Origin: a virus
Length of the DNA stretch: 64,000 bases
Strand: one strand, 5' to 3'
Virus record (IMG/VR): IMGVR_UViG_3300031975_001631
The notes under the pieces were generated by a model. It saw only the letters and a list, made by a program, of their open reading frames with translations. It was not told where the DNA came from and did not search any database. The translations under genes and the position numbers were made by a program. Positions 49,914-58,380 of this stretch are shown here, in pieces. The first letter of the stretch is position 1; every line of letters starts with the position of its first letter.

Positions 49914-51833
49914 CTACTGTCTGATTAGCGATCCGTTGGAGTAACTGGATGTGATTTGATATCCAATACCAGAGATTTGCTGGCCAGAGGAAATCGTGTC
50001 TCTCACGATATTTATCTCAGAATTTGAGAGATCTAGACTTAAATAGATATCCTTCAATCCGATAATATCGTTTGACTCAGGATATGCTTGAACTTCAACA
50101 ATATTATCACCAATCGCTGTAGAGCTAATGGTAACTGCATTGAGTAAAATCTCACCTTTTAAGTAATCAACAGTACCTGCAGACTTAACTACAACTTCTG
50201 CAGACTCACCTTGTAGTTTTGCTGGTTTAAATATAGCGATATCCCCATATCTACCATCATCTCTAGGAATATCAGTCAAATATACGATTTCTGGATCACC
50301 TGAAATTGTAAATCCACTTGATTTGATCGTACCACCTCCTGGCAGAATATTAAACTGGTTACCAAAACATAATTCGTATTGAGCTGTAGCATCTTTAATT
50401 ACTTTTAAGTCTCTACGAATTGTAACTTTTGTAATGTTAGATGTAATAGCAGAATTTGTCCTATCAATAATATTCTGAGACTCGGAATACTTAAATCTAC
50501 CCCCAAATTTGTTCAAATTAGTAGATTTCCCGTAAGTTGTTAAAGATTCGGTAATTTGTGCCTTTAATTCGTTCGCATCATCAAAAACATTGTTGTTATA
50601 ATAAACAGAAGTGTCTAATTCAATATACAAAACCCTCAAATCTTCAATTCTTTGGTTAATACCAGCGATTGAGTAATTTTTTAGATCATTTAAAATATTT
50701 TGCTTGGTAAAGTCAGATAAAAATGTACCATTTACAGGTTTAATACTTAAAACGACAGTTCCAAACTCTGGAGGGTCTAATTCTTCCCCACCAACAACAG
50801 AAACCGACTCTGTATTTGGATAAATCCTCTGAATAATAGATTCATAGTCCTTAGGTGTAACCGCTCTGTTTTGTGCGGAGTACATTCTAGGTGCAAAGTA
50901 TCGTATAGAGTCAATTGGCTCAATATCAGAACCATTACGGGCGGTCTGAGAGGTAACGATGTTAATAACATTAGTGGATGTTATAGAATTATTAGCATCG
51001 TTCCTTACATCGCCAGAAAAAGTGAAATTTTTTCCTTCGTTACCAAATTTTCCGTCAGTAATAATATAACTAATACTAATTTCATCACCCTGTTCTAATT
51101 TTGTACCAAAAAGACCATCTCCAAATAGCAATTCATAAGTCTCATTAGGAGCTTCTTGAATTAAGTAGATGTTTGAGTCCTTTGTGATGTTAGTAATATT
51201 GTCAACCTTTGAAAAAGATAGTCCTGCAGTCGCACCAGACTTCTTAACATCGACTCTGAGAGTATCAATATCGACATTTGAGTTTTCAATGATGAATCTT
51301 TGGTCTGAGCTACCATTTACTCCCCAAGATTTTGTTAAAAGTGATCCTTGATAAACTTTTATGTTAGAAAAGGTTGCTGTCCTTGGAGGATTTGCTCCCA
51401 CAACACCACCAACATCAATTGGACTGGTTGCAATGATGTCTTCTGGGATAGAAAAGACATAAGAAGTATTATCAATACCGCCAACTAATACTAAACCCTT
51501 CTTCAGAGTAACAGTTGTGCTGTTTCCATTGAATTTAAACGGAAAGCTAACGATTGCTTCTGCTGCTTTTCGTGATCTAGGAACATATCCAATGTTTCTT
51601 GCAAGAGAAACTACATTTTCTCGTAGAGTTGCTGAATCCAAGAAGGATTCATTAGCAACCATATTACTATTGAATGCTGTAATATAAGTATTATACGCTA
51701 AAACATCAATCAACAGCGAAATATTTGATCCATCAAAGTCAAAATCAGAAAATTCTGAGTTAGATCTCAGATAATCCTTGATCGAACTTTTAATTTGATC
51801 GAAATTTAGGTTGGTATACTTAAATGATGGCAT
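49914..51833 (-). CDS. gp6: Baseplate wedge subunit
   Basis: LNFDQIKSSIKDYL, FSDFDFDGSNISLLIDVLAYNT, ESFLDSATLRENVVSLARNIGY, QNRAVTPKDY. Confidence 0.97.
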   Translation of the reverse strand: MPSFKYTNLNFDQIKSSIKDYLRSNSEFSDFDFDGSNISLLIDVLAYNTYITAFNSNMVANESFLDSATLRENVVSLARNIGYVPRSRKAAEAIVSFPFKFNGNSTTVTLKKGLVLVGGIDNTSYVFSIPEDIIATSPIDVGGVVGANPPRTATFSNIKVYQGSLLTKSWGVNGSSDQRFIIENSNVDIDTLRVDVKKSGATAGLSFSKVDNITNITKDSNIYLIQEAPNETYELLFGDGLFGTKLEQGDEISISYIITDGKFGNEGKNFTFSGDVRNDANNSITSTNVINIVTSQTARNGSDIEPIDSIRYFAPRMYSAQNRAVTPKDYESIIQRIYPNTESVSVVGGEELDPPEFGTVVLSIKPVNGTFLSDFTKQNILNDLKNYSIAGINQRIEDLRVLYIELDTSVYYNNNVFDDANELKAQITESLTTYGKSTNLNKFGGRFKYSESQNIIDRTNSAITSNITKVTIRRDLKVIKDATAQYELCFGNQFNILPGGGTIKSSGFTISGDPEIVYLTDIPRDDGRYGDIAIFKPAKLQGESAEVVVKSAGTVDYLKGEILLNAVTISSTAIGDNIVEVQAYPESNDIIGLKDIYLSLDLSNSEINIVRDTISSGQQISGIGYQITSSYSNGSLIRQ

Positions 51834-51837
51834 TTTC

Positions 51838-52236
51838 TTACCTAGTTGGCTCTAAAAGAAACTCAAATTCTTGTCTTGGGAACTCCTCACCAACAATATC
51901 GTAACTAATTATAATATCAAATGCATTTCCATCAGGATTTGGTGTTACCACAACCTTGATGTTTGCAATTCTACCTTCAAAATTTGATAGAACATCAAAA
52001 ATTTGTTGAGAAATTAGATTTGCTGTACCAAAATCAACGAAATCGAACAGTGAACTAGTAATATCAGTACCAACCGAAGACTGAAACGGTCTCTCACCAG
52101 GAATTGTTTGGACTAAGTTCCTTACAGCACGCTTAATCGCGTCCTCATTCCTGAGAACTTGTATATCACCAGTAACAGGGTGTGCGTTAAAGGATAAACT
52201 GATATCCTGAAATGCCCGTGAATTGGTTTCAGCCAC
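51838..52236 (-). CDS. gp25: Baseplate wedge / sheath initiator
   Basis: AIKRAVRNLVQTIPGERPF; TATAAATA at 52260-52267. Confidence 0.95.
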   Translation of the reverse strand: MAETNSRAFQDISLSFNAHPVTGDIQVLRNEDAIKRAVRNLVQTIPGERPFQSSVGTDITSSLFDFVDFGTANLISQQIFDVLSNFEGRIANIKVVVTPNPDGNAFDIIISYDIVGEEFPRQEFEFLLEPTR

Positions 52237-52268
52237 TAAATGACACTAAATATCAAGCTTATTTATAG

Positions 52269-52418
52269 TCACTCTTGAAGGAGACCTGGTTCAGTATCAT
52301 CATTTTTATAATCACCAGCTACTTCACGAAGAATTTTGTCTGATTTTTTGCGATCAGTCTTAACTTCCCACGAACCACCAACGCCACCGTCCATATTTAC
52401 AATGAGATCGTCATCCAT
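52269..52418 (-). CDS. 49-aa hypothetical protein, not in ORF track
   Basis: MDDDLIVNMDGGVGGSWEVKTDRKK...; ATAAATA at 52444-52450. Confidence 0.6.
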   Translation of the reverse strand: MDDDLIVNMDGGVGGSWEVKTDRKKSDKILREVAGDYKNDDTEPGLLQE

Positions 52419-52446
52419 TTTCTTTATTATAATATTATAAGATTAT

Positions 52447-53100
52447 TTATTCCTTCTTCTCTGATTCTGTCTCCCAGAAATATTCATCAGTATCTCCTAG
52501 TCTACCCCATCTAATACCATTCTCTACTTGAAAGTAATGTGTACTTACTTTGAAGTCTGGTATAAGTGGTTCTTCAGGTGTAATGGACAAATCAAAGATT
52601 CGTGTTCGGTTATTAGGATACAAACAAAATTGACCATTCTCAAGCTCAATACAATTATGCGACTTATGTTCGTCAGGAATTTCACTCACATTGGTATTTG
52701 TAGTATCTGTGTCTGGATGAAAGTTATCTAAAGTGAAGCAATATTCGCCGTTAAGGGTGCCAAAGTTGCGTGTGCGTACTTGGAAGTCCATTGACCCGAT
52801 GAACTGCTTCTCAAGGCATCTGACGCCATAGTCCATACAGTTCCAGAACTGAAGGTTAGGTAGATCTAAATCAGGGTCAGGTGTCTCTGGACGCGAGCAA
52901 AAGGCGGAAATTGGAAGCTTGTCAAACATTGCTGCATACTTTGGTAAGTATGTCTCAAAATAAAAAGCGCGTCCAGGTATCGATTTACACGATACCCAAA
53001 CGCCCTCTACAAACTCACCAAATCCATCTTGGAAATCTCTAAGGTATTCTTTACGAACCCAGACTTTTTGCGGTGGAAGATTGATAATTAATTGACTCAT
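52447..53100 (-). CDS. Conserved hypothetical protein of the T4-like cyanophage gp25 neighbourhood
   Basis: 217 aa; NLPPQKVWVRKEYL, YAAMFDKLPISAF, HKSHN, FCLYPNNR. Confidence 0.85.
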   Translation of the reverse strand: MSQLIINLPPQKVWVRKEYLRDFQDGFGEFVEGVWVSCKSIPGRAFYFETYLPKYAAMFDKLPISAFCSRPETPDPDLDLPNLQFWNCMDYGVRCLEKQFIGSMDFQVRTRNFGTLNGEYCFTLDNFHPDTDTTNTNVSEIPDEHKSHNCIELENGQFCLYPNNRTRIFDLSITPEEPLIPDFKVSTHYFQVENGIRWGRLGDTDEYFWETESEKKE

Positions 53101-53254
53101 TTTCTATTGCCCAACTTGGAGGATGAAAAGCACAATACTCATTGAATGTAATCTTCATTTCTTTATTAGTTAGGTTAGCATTCCTAGCAGCTTTTGGTAA
53201 GTTCCACTTAGCAGAGAATAACATCTCCATGGATTCACGAGTCTCTGGTCTCAC
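53051..53254 (-). CDS. Hypothetical protein
   Basis: GTG start overlapping the upstream TGA; KWNLPKAARNANLT. Confidence 0.65.
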   Translation of the reverse strand: MRPETRESMEMLFSAKWNLPKAARNANLTNKEMKITFNEYCAFHPPSWAIENESINYQSSTAKSLGS

Positions 53255-53397
53255 TTACCTTGTCCACGATAACGCTTCTTACGAGCGTTCGCGCTCGTCG
53301 CGCTAAGTTTTGTATGCTTACCCATTCCTTGACGAGTTTTTTTGGGGGTCGCTTCGATGAATGAACCACCACTTAGCGATTTTTTTACCTTAGCCAT
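53251..53397 (-). CDS. 48-aa highly basic protein, not in ORF track
   Basis: MAKVKKSLSGGSFIEATPKKTRQGMGKHTKLSATSANARKKRYRGQGK. Confidence 0.75.
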   Translation of the reverse strand: MAKVKKSLSGGSFIEATPKKTRQGMGKHTKLSATSANARKKRYRGQGK

Positions 53398-53560
53398 TTT
53401 TAAGTTCCTTCATAATATGTGAAATTCTGTGAGGGGCAGGGGCACCTGTCTCATAAAATGAGAGAGCATACCCCTCCATGATATACATGAACTCGTCTTC
53501 ACTTACATCGGTGTGTCTCTCAGACCCATCAACATAGATTGTGTAGACTGTCCGTTCCAT
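53390..53560 (-). CDS. 56-aa hypothetical protein, not in ORF track
   Basis: MERTVYTIYVDG...; TGATG overlap with the GT-A gene. Confidence 0.65.
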   Translation of the reverse strand: MERTVYTIYVDGSERHTDVSEDEFMYIMEGYALSFYETGAPAPHRISHIMKELKNG

Positions 53561-54318
53561 CAGATAACCCGCATCTTCTCGTGACCAACTCTGATACGAG
53601 GATCACACCAAATATCGATTCCTGCTTCGATTGCATCCAGACAGAAACTCACATCCTCTCCACACATGTCCTGGACATCCCCAGACTCAAAGACTTGCAT
53701 CTTGGGTGCAAACCATGGATACTTCATTTCAGCATGCTCAAAGACGCCATGCTTGATGAGTACCCATCCGAAACCTGTGTAGTCTACCGTGAAAGGCTTC
53801 TTACGCTTAGTCATCGTTTCACCAGTCTCATGATTCATGACACCACCGTTATTACGGAAGTCTCCTTCATCCAACCAATGTGCAACAGAAGTAGTACGAC
53901 CATCTTCAGTCATGTACCAACCAGCTGCAATCTGTTTGTCCATGAGAACCAACTGCAAGAACTTCTCAGTATTGAATACAATATCAGAGTCGATCCACAA
54001 CTGATAGTCATACTTCAGTTTGCCGTCCCATGGAATCTGATCTGGTCCACGCAATACATTTGCTCCAAGACACTTACAACGAGCAAAGTTAACCATGCTG
54101 CTGTAGTCTTGTGAAATCTGAATACTCGCGCCCATCTGTACTAAGTCGAAACTTAGCTGCAGGAACGACTTCATGAATTGATATGAACAACCCCGACCAG
54201 GAAGACAGAATACAATTGCTTTGCCCTTAAGCATCTCACGGGCAGCATCATAATCCCATTCTGGTTCTTTATCCTTTGCTTGGGGCGCTTTTGCTTTAAC
54301 AGTAAATCCTTTAGCCAT
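53560..54318 (-). CDS. GT-A fold glycosyltransferase-like protein
   Basis: VFCLPG, VNFARCKCL, YQLWIDSDIVF (DxD), VDYTGFGWVLIK, GEDVSFC, RVGHEK. Confidence 0.75.
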   Translation of the reverse strand: MAKGFTVKAKAPQAKDKEPEWDYDAAREMLKGKAIVFCLPGRGCSYQFMKSFLQLSFDLVQMGASIQISQDYSSMVNFARCKCLGANVLRGPDQIPWDGKLKYDYQLWIDSDIVFNTEKFLQLVLMDKQIAAGWYMTEDGRTTSVAHWLDEGDFRNNGGVMNHETGETMTKRKKPFTVDYTGFGWVLIKHGVFEHAEMKYPWFAPKMQVFESGDVQDMCGEDVSFCLDAIEAGIDIWCDPRIRVGHEKMRVI

Positions 54319-54364
54319 AACGATTAATTACGCATCATCATTCTAACAGTTTATATATGATCCG

Positions 54365-54532
54365 TCAATAGGACGCATCTGGGTCAACATCACCCCTTAC
54401 CATCTCAACTTCGTGATCTGTCAGGTCGATTTCACTCCCTTTGATTTTCTCTTTTAATTGAGCTGGTGTGAGATTAGCAAAGATACATTCATTCCCTGAA
54501 TATACATGAAAGATAGTCTCAGTCTTCATCAT
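54365..54532 (-). CDS. 55-aa hypothetical protein, not in ORF track
   Basis: MMKTETIFHVYSGNECIFANLT...; overlaps the upstream AbrB-like stop. Confidence 0.6.
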   Translation of the reverse strand: MMKTETIFHVYSGNECIFANLTPAQLKEKIKGSEIDLTDHEVEMVRGDVDPDASY

Positions 54533-54698
54533 ATTTCTCTTCTAGGAAGATTCCATCTACATCAAGATTCATCGCAACCTCAGTACCCTCATACCAATCT
54601 AATTCATTAATGAAAGACTCAGGCAGACTCACGATATACTCATCAGAAACAGGGTCGATCCTTACACTGGTTAGAATTCTGTGAGATTTTTTTTCCAT
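54519..54698 (-). CDS. AbrB/MazE/SpoVT-like DNA-binding protein, not in ORF track
   Basis: 59 aa; YIVSLPESFINELDWYEGTEVAMNLDVDGIFLEE fits the swapped-hairpin pattern xxxLPxxxxxxLxxxEGxxV. Confidence 0.7.
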   Translation of the reverse strand: MEKKSHRILTSVRIDPVSDEYIVSLPESFINELDWYEGTEVAMNLDVDGIFLEEKYDED

Positions 54699-54845
54699 TA
54701 CGCGAACCTGGGAGTCATTCTTATATATCAGAATTTTTTTTTATTCCATTGATATATCGATCGCGAATTCGGTTCGTTGTAGGTTACAAGGACCCATCAA
54801 ATTTAAACCACTGTCTAATAAGAACTGTGTGCGTACTAAGTGATA

Positions 54846-54907
54846 CTCAGAGTGTCATGATGTAGGTCCCCCTCAATGATACTCAGAATACCTCAGAATG
54901 TCTCAGA
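54846..54907 (+). repeat. Left CTCAGA repeat cluster
   Basis: CTCAGA at 54846, 54882, 54892, 54902 plus degenerate CTCAAT at 54872 (10-bp period). Confidence 0.9.
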
Positions 54908-54981
54908 GCTGTTACATAGTGCCTGTGAGTGATTGATAGTCAGCTGGCATGTGATTGGTGTTCTTGGTGTGATGTCTCCAT

Positions 54982-55010
54982 ATTATACCATGATGACTGC
55001 CATAATGCAA
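54982..55010 (-). promoter_or_regulatory. Sigma70-type promoter
   Basis: TTGCAT-17 nt-TATAAT with a TGn extension. Confidence 0.8.
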
Positions 55011-55044
55011 TTGTGTCCTGTCTGTAACATAAAAATCCTGATAC

Positions 55045-55073
55045 TTGACAAACTGCGAGTCTCATGGTACGCT
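55045..55073 (+). promoter_or_regulatory. Sigma70-type promoter on the + strand
   Basis: TTGACA-17 nt-TACGCT with a TGn extension; no + ORF follows. Confidence 0.65.
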
Positions 55074-55177
55074 CGCTTAGCTAACATCGTGAGAGACCAT
55101 TTAAGAGACTTTTATAACATTTAAAGAAAACACGCAAGTATATTTAAAAAGACATTTAATAACTTTCCGCATACTCA

Positions 55178-55204
55178 CTCAGAGAGCACTCAGAGACACT
55201 CAGA
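55178..55204 (+). repeat. Right CTCAGA repeat cluster
   Basis: CTCAGA at 55178, 55189, 55199 inside CACTCAGAGA units. Confidence 0.9.
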
Positions 55205-55221
55205 GAGCACTTAAATATCAC

Positions 55222-55410
55222 TTACTTGCCCTCTAGTCTAATCACCTTATCCCACTGATGAGGGTACACACAGAGGCAACATTTAGTCTCTCCATACTTA
55301 CTACCAGGAGTAGGATAAGAGTTAAAACAAACGGTAATATATGCAGGGTCTATGAAGTTAACATAGCCCTCAGTATTACCGATTTTAACTAACTCTCCTT
55401 CAGTGAACAT
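55222..55410 (-). CDS. Early hypothetical protein
   Basis: 62 aa, last ORF of the early block. Confidence 0.65.
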   Translation of the reverse strand: MFTEGELVKIGNTEGYVNFIDPAYITVCFNSYPTPGSKYGETKCCLCVYPHQWDKVIRLEGK

Positions 55411-55574
55411 GATGTTGTTAGTTGATAGTGTGTGGAGTCTAATAAGTCTGTGATATGTGTTGGTAACTGTCCTTTATCATTCCATGTCATTTTGTACTGT
55501 ACGATTAATGACACTAACAGGGAGAGTTGCTGATGTGATAATTGTACTGTACTGATTGATTGTTGGGTCATCAA
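55389..55574 (-). CDS. Early hypothetical protein
   Basis: 61 aa ORF in the co-oriented chain. Confidence 0.5.
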   Translation of the reverse strand: MMTQQSISTVQLSHQQLSLLVSLIVQYKMTWNDKGQLPTHITDLLDSTHYQLTTSCSLKES

Positions 55575-55646
55575 TTTTTAGGGGCGCGATGGCATCATTG
55601 TGAGAGTAATACTTAACAATCTCTTGATAGAGATTATCATCATAGT

Positions 55647-55814
55647 TTACCATTTAGAGAGACATTCAAGTTTAATATATGAGGGGACAGATTCATCCAC
55701 TGTTGTATCATCTTGTGGGAATTGTTGCCCATCTTTATTATACCACATATCATCAGGAATGTCATCCATAATTGAATCAATCATGTGGTCGAAAATGAAA
55801 TCTAGCTTTGCCAT
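55647..55814 (-). CDS. 55-aa acidic early protein, not in ORF track
   Basis: MAKLDFIFDHMIDSIMDDIPDDMWY... Confidence 0.55.
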   Translation of the reverse strand: MAKLDFIFDHMIDSIMDDIPDDMWYNKDGQQFPQDDTTVDESVPSYIKLECLSKW

Positions 55815-55826
55815 GGTTAGTTACCC

Positions 55827-56135
55827 TTATTCAGTAAGAATTTCTAAATCGATAACATCGATGTCCTCTAACATTATATCACAGATACGGGCGATTTCCT
55901 TTTGAGATGATGCACCGAGTCTAAAGATATGCTGATTGTTGTCAATCCTTATAAGTTGTAGATTGACGAACTCCTCGTATTTAGCGATGAAATTTGCAAT
56001 TGTACGATGTGAACCATCGATGAGATTCATGCCTACGACAGCAATAGCTTCAGAATGAAACTCGATACCTTGTGCAAGTCTTTCGATTGAAAGTTTGTCC
56101 TTATGTGACATAATAATCATGTGAGAGTTTGACAT
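55827..56135 (-). CDS. Early hypothetical protein
   Basis: Start likely at 56135, just after the upstream TGA. Confidence 0.6.
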   Translation of the reverse strand: MSNSHMIIMSHKDKLSIERLAQGIEFHSEAIAVVGMNLIDGSHRTIANFIAKYEEFVNLQLIRIDNNQHIFRLGASSQKEIARICDIMLEDIDVIDLEILTE

Positions 56136-56136
56136 A

Positions 56137-56292
56137 TCAGTTAGAAGGGAATTGAGCGAGTTTTGCATCAGCGAGAGCAGCAATCATAGTCCATACTTTC
56201 TCACCTGACAATTGCTCTTGATCACAAATATATTCTACATTATCTTCCATCAATTCTAATACTTCAAGTGCTTGCAATTCGAGATCTGTCAT
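56137..56292 (-). CDS. 51-aa acidic early protein, not in ORF track
   Basis: MTDLELQALEVLELMEDNVEYICDQEQLSGEKVWTMIAALADAKLAQFPSN. Confidence 0.7.
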   Translation of the reverse strand: MTDLELQALEVLELMEDNVEYICDQEQLSGEKVWTMIAALADAKLAQFPSN

Positions 56293-56338
56293 GATTAGAG
56301 AAGGATTAGGATTAGGACGATTGAATAAAATCTACTTA

Positions 56339-56524
56339 TTAAATCTTGTTCTTGCCCTTCCATTTACCGCGATTAGTTGACTTATCAAGCATTGCATGCA
56401 ATGTTGCTGGTAGGGGTTTATTTGGTACTTTCACAAAACGACCTTGGACTTTAAGAATAGTGTAGTTCATAAAATGATCAATAGGAGGACAATTGAATAA
56501 AAGCGGGCATAGCATGATGCCCAC
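56339..56524 (-). CDS. Early hypothetical protein
   Basis: 61 aa with a basic C-terminus. Confidence 0.55.
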   Translation of the reverse strand: MGIMLCPLLFNCPPIDHFMNYTILKVQGRFVKVPNKPLPATLHAMLDKSTNRGKWKGKNKI

Positions 56525-56540
56525 TCTTTCTTAGTTTTAA

Positions 56541-56888
56541 TCATGCGAAGATATAACCGTTGTCGAACTCTTCAGTTACAAATACTTTATCAGTACCATT
56601 TTGTCCTGCAAACTTACGAACAAACCACTTAAAGTTTTTCTGAAAAACACCTTCTCCAGCAACACAAAACTCATCACAAAGTGCATTGAGGCGAGATTTT
56701 GTGGTGTTAGTCTGCCAACCACCGTCGAAAATTGTCATGTCATTATCAGAAACCTCAGCGATCTTGTTGCCATGAAGGCGAACAACAGAGACGCCAGTTT
56801 CAGGATCAAAGTGAACAGAAGTGTTAGCAGACTGCCAGTCGATGTTCTTTTGAACAGCGGCACACATTTGGGATTCGATCTTACGCAT
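56541..56888 (-). CDS. Conserved phage early hypothetical protein
   Basis: VRLHGNKIAEV...DGGWQTNTTKSRLNAL; first gene behind a box promoter. Confidence 0.8.
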   Translation of the reverse strand: MRKIESQMCAAVQKNIDWQSANTSVHFDPETGVSVVRLHGNKIAEVSDNDMTIFDGGWQTNTTKSRLNALCDEFCVAGEGVFQKNFKWFVRKFAGQNGTDKVFVTEEFDNGYIFA

Positions 56889-56946
56889 GATGAGAGAAGA
56901 GAAGAGGTTTAGAAGGTGTGGAAGGTGTTGCCCCCTCCACTCCTTT

Positions 56947-57001
56947 AATATACACGGTTATGGGGGTCTGTGCCATGCTCTTGTGCCACTAGCTCAACTG
57001 G
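56947..57001 (-). promoter_or_regulatory. Early box promoter 1
   Basis: CCAGTTGAGCTAGTGG-33 nt-TATATT; 5' hairpin GTGGAGGG/CCTTCCAC downstream. Confidence 0.8.
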
Positions 57002-57003
57002 TT

Positions 57004-57228
57004 TTATTTGCCGATCCCCATGGGATCATCTGCCGTTGCCTCTAGTTCAGAAATACTATACATTGTTGTTGGAAAGTTATCACAGACAGCATCACATAGC
57101 GATACGATTAGATCCTCAGCTCCATCTGCTGTGTGACCATATTTTTTCTCTATAATAGATTCAATGTCTTCCATGAGTTGTTCTCTGGCAGTCATGATAT
57201 TATGGAGATGTTGCTTCATGAGTGACAT
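57004..57228 (-). CDS. Early hypothetical protein
   Basis: REQLMEDIESII...LCDAVCDNFP. Confidence 0.7.
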   Translation of the reverse strand: MSLMKQHLHNIMTAREQLMEDIESIIEKKYGHTADGAEDLIVSLCDAVCDNFPTTMYSISELEATADDPMGIGK

Positions 57229-57234
57229 AATTGA

Positions 57235-57483
57235 TTAGAAAGAAACTGCGAAAGTGTTGTTAAGTTTGTCTTGAGTTACTGTCTCTTTACCAGACAACAT
57301 GCTGAATTGATCAAACACAATCCAAGCATCTTGGTCTTCTGAGATAACAGCGAAACCGAAGCATCCTGCCATTGGCATCATATATTTACCATGCGATTCT
57401 GCCTGCCTAAGAGAACTAAAACCACGGGCAGTGATAGTCCAATCTTTACCAAAGTAAGCACAAATGAAATCTTTCATGATCAC
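57235..57483 (-). CDS. Early hypothetical protein
   Basis: 82 aa, coupled. Confidence 0.7.
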   Translation of the reverse strand: MIMKDFICAYFGKDWTITARGFSSLRQAESHGKYMMPMAGCFGFAVISEDQDAWIVFDQFSMLSGKETVTQDKLNNTFAVSF

Positions 57484-57644
57484 TCTTCGATGGTAACAGA
57501 TTGAATTATAAAGTTAGGATTGAGGCGATTACATGTTGCAATCGCATCTTCTTTTGTTGCTTTAATGTAACTTAGACAGTCATTCATAACCCAACCATTA
57601 GTACGATGAAATTGACCATGAAGAAGGAATTTAGTCTCTTGCAT
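57480..57644 (-). CDS. 54-aa early protein, not in ORF track
   Basis: MQETKFLLHGQFHRTNGWV...; stop overlaps the next start. Confidence 0.65.
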   Translation of the reverse strand: MQETKFLLHGQFHRTNGWVMNDCLSYIKATKEDAIATCNRLNPNFIIQSVTIEE

Positions 57645-57649
57645 TGTTA

Positions 57650-57847
57650 TCAACCTCCGAACATGTCATCAAATAGCTGTTGCCCAGAACGCTCATCTTG
57701 CTCTGCTTTCTTTGCATATTGTGCCATGCGTTCTAGTGCTTCTTCGCGAGAGATTGAGTCGGGGAAGTAATAGTCGCGACCTGATGGAGTTGTGTAACGC
57801 ATAATTTTGAAAATAGAGAGTGAATTAAGTTGATCTTTGATATTCAA
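57650..57847 (-). CDS. Early hypothetical protein
   Basis: 65 aa. Confidence 0.65.
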   Translation of the reverse strand: MNIKDQLNSLSIFKIMRYTTPSGRDYYFPDSISREEALERMAQYAKKAEQDERSGQQLFDDMFGG

Positions 57848-58044
57848 TTTGATGCCTCCATGAATACATCATAAAAACAATCAAATGCAGCAGGATCATG
57901 ACAAAATGAAGAGATTCCACTTTGATCAGAAACCCAATCGTATGCCATATCAATGTCGGCACCGGTCTCAATCACAAAAGATTGCAGACCTTGAAGAGCA
58001 GAAATAAAAGCAGAATCGTTGAGAAGCATTGTGGTTTTGTTCAT
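57844..58044 (-). CDS. Early hypothetical protein
   Basis: 66 aa, directly behind box promoter 2. Confidence 0.7.
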   Translation of the reverse strand: MNKTTMLLNDSAFISALQGLQSFVIETGADIDMAYDWVSDQSGISSFCHDPAAFDCFYDVFMEASN

Positions 58045-58050
58045 GAATGT

Positions 58051-58105
58051 AGTATGGCAGAGATTTGGGCGAATTGCAAGCGATAGTGGACACTAGGTCA
58101 ACTGT
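58051..58105 (-). promoter_or_regulatory. Early box promoter 2
   Basis: ACAGTTGACCTAGTGT-10 nt-TTGCAA-17 nt-CATACT. Confidence 0.82.
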
Positions 58106-58112
58106 CACAGGA

Positions 58113-58301
58113 TCAGAAAGGGTTGCCCCATGACTCATATTTTTTCATGGTAATATAACCTTCCTTGCAAAGTTCATCAGTAAAGTATGACCATGCCAAA
58201 CGCTTAGCGATTGAATCAGTTGCCATTTTTGTGCCCTTAGTATCACATTTCCAATTGTAACGAAATTGCTCCAGTGCTTGTGCTTTGGTGATGGATCGCA
58301 T
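58113..58301 (-). CDS. Early hypothetical protein
   Basis: MRSITKAQALEQFRYNW...AWSYFTDELCKEGYIT; start 58301 lies behind promoter 3. Confidence 0.75.
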   Translation of the reverse strand: MRSITKAQALEQFRYNWKCDTKGTKMATDSIAKRLAWSYFTDELCKEGYITMKKYESWGNPF

Positions 58302-58325
58302 GAGGTGTGTTCCTTTGACTCTTAT

Positions 58326-58380
58326 AGTATTGCAGATTTTGAGGCATTTTGCAAGAGCTTGAGTCCAGTTCCCCAACTGG
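58326..58380 (-). promoter_or_regulatory. Early box promoter 3
   Basis: Perfect palindrome CCAGTT-GGGG-AACTGG-10 nt-TTGCAA-17 nt-AATACT. Confidence 0.82.

Noticed and set aside
53539-54114. 191-aa + strand ORF
   Set aside because: Lies fully antisense to the GT-A gene, a typical codon-bias shadow
54846-55204. CTCAGA repeats as a CRISPR or guide-RNA array
   Set aside because: Units are 6-10 bp with no 20-40 nt unique spacers, and no cas or effector gene is nearby
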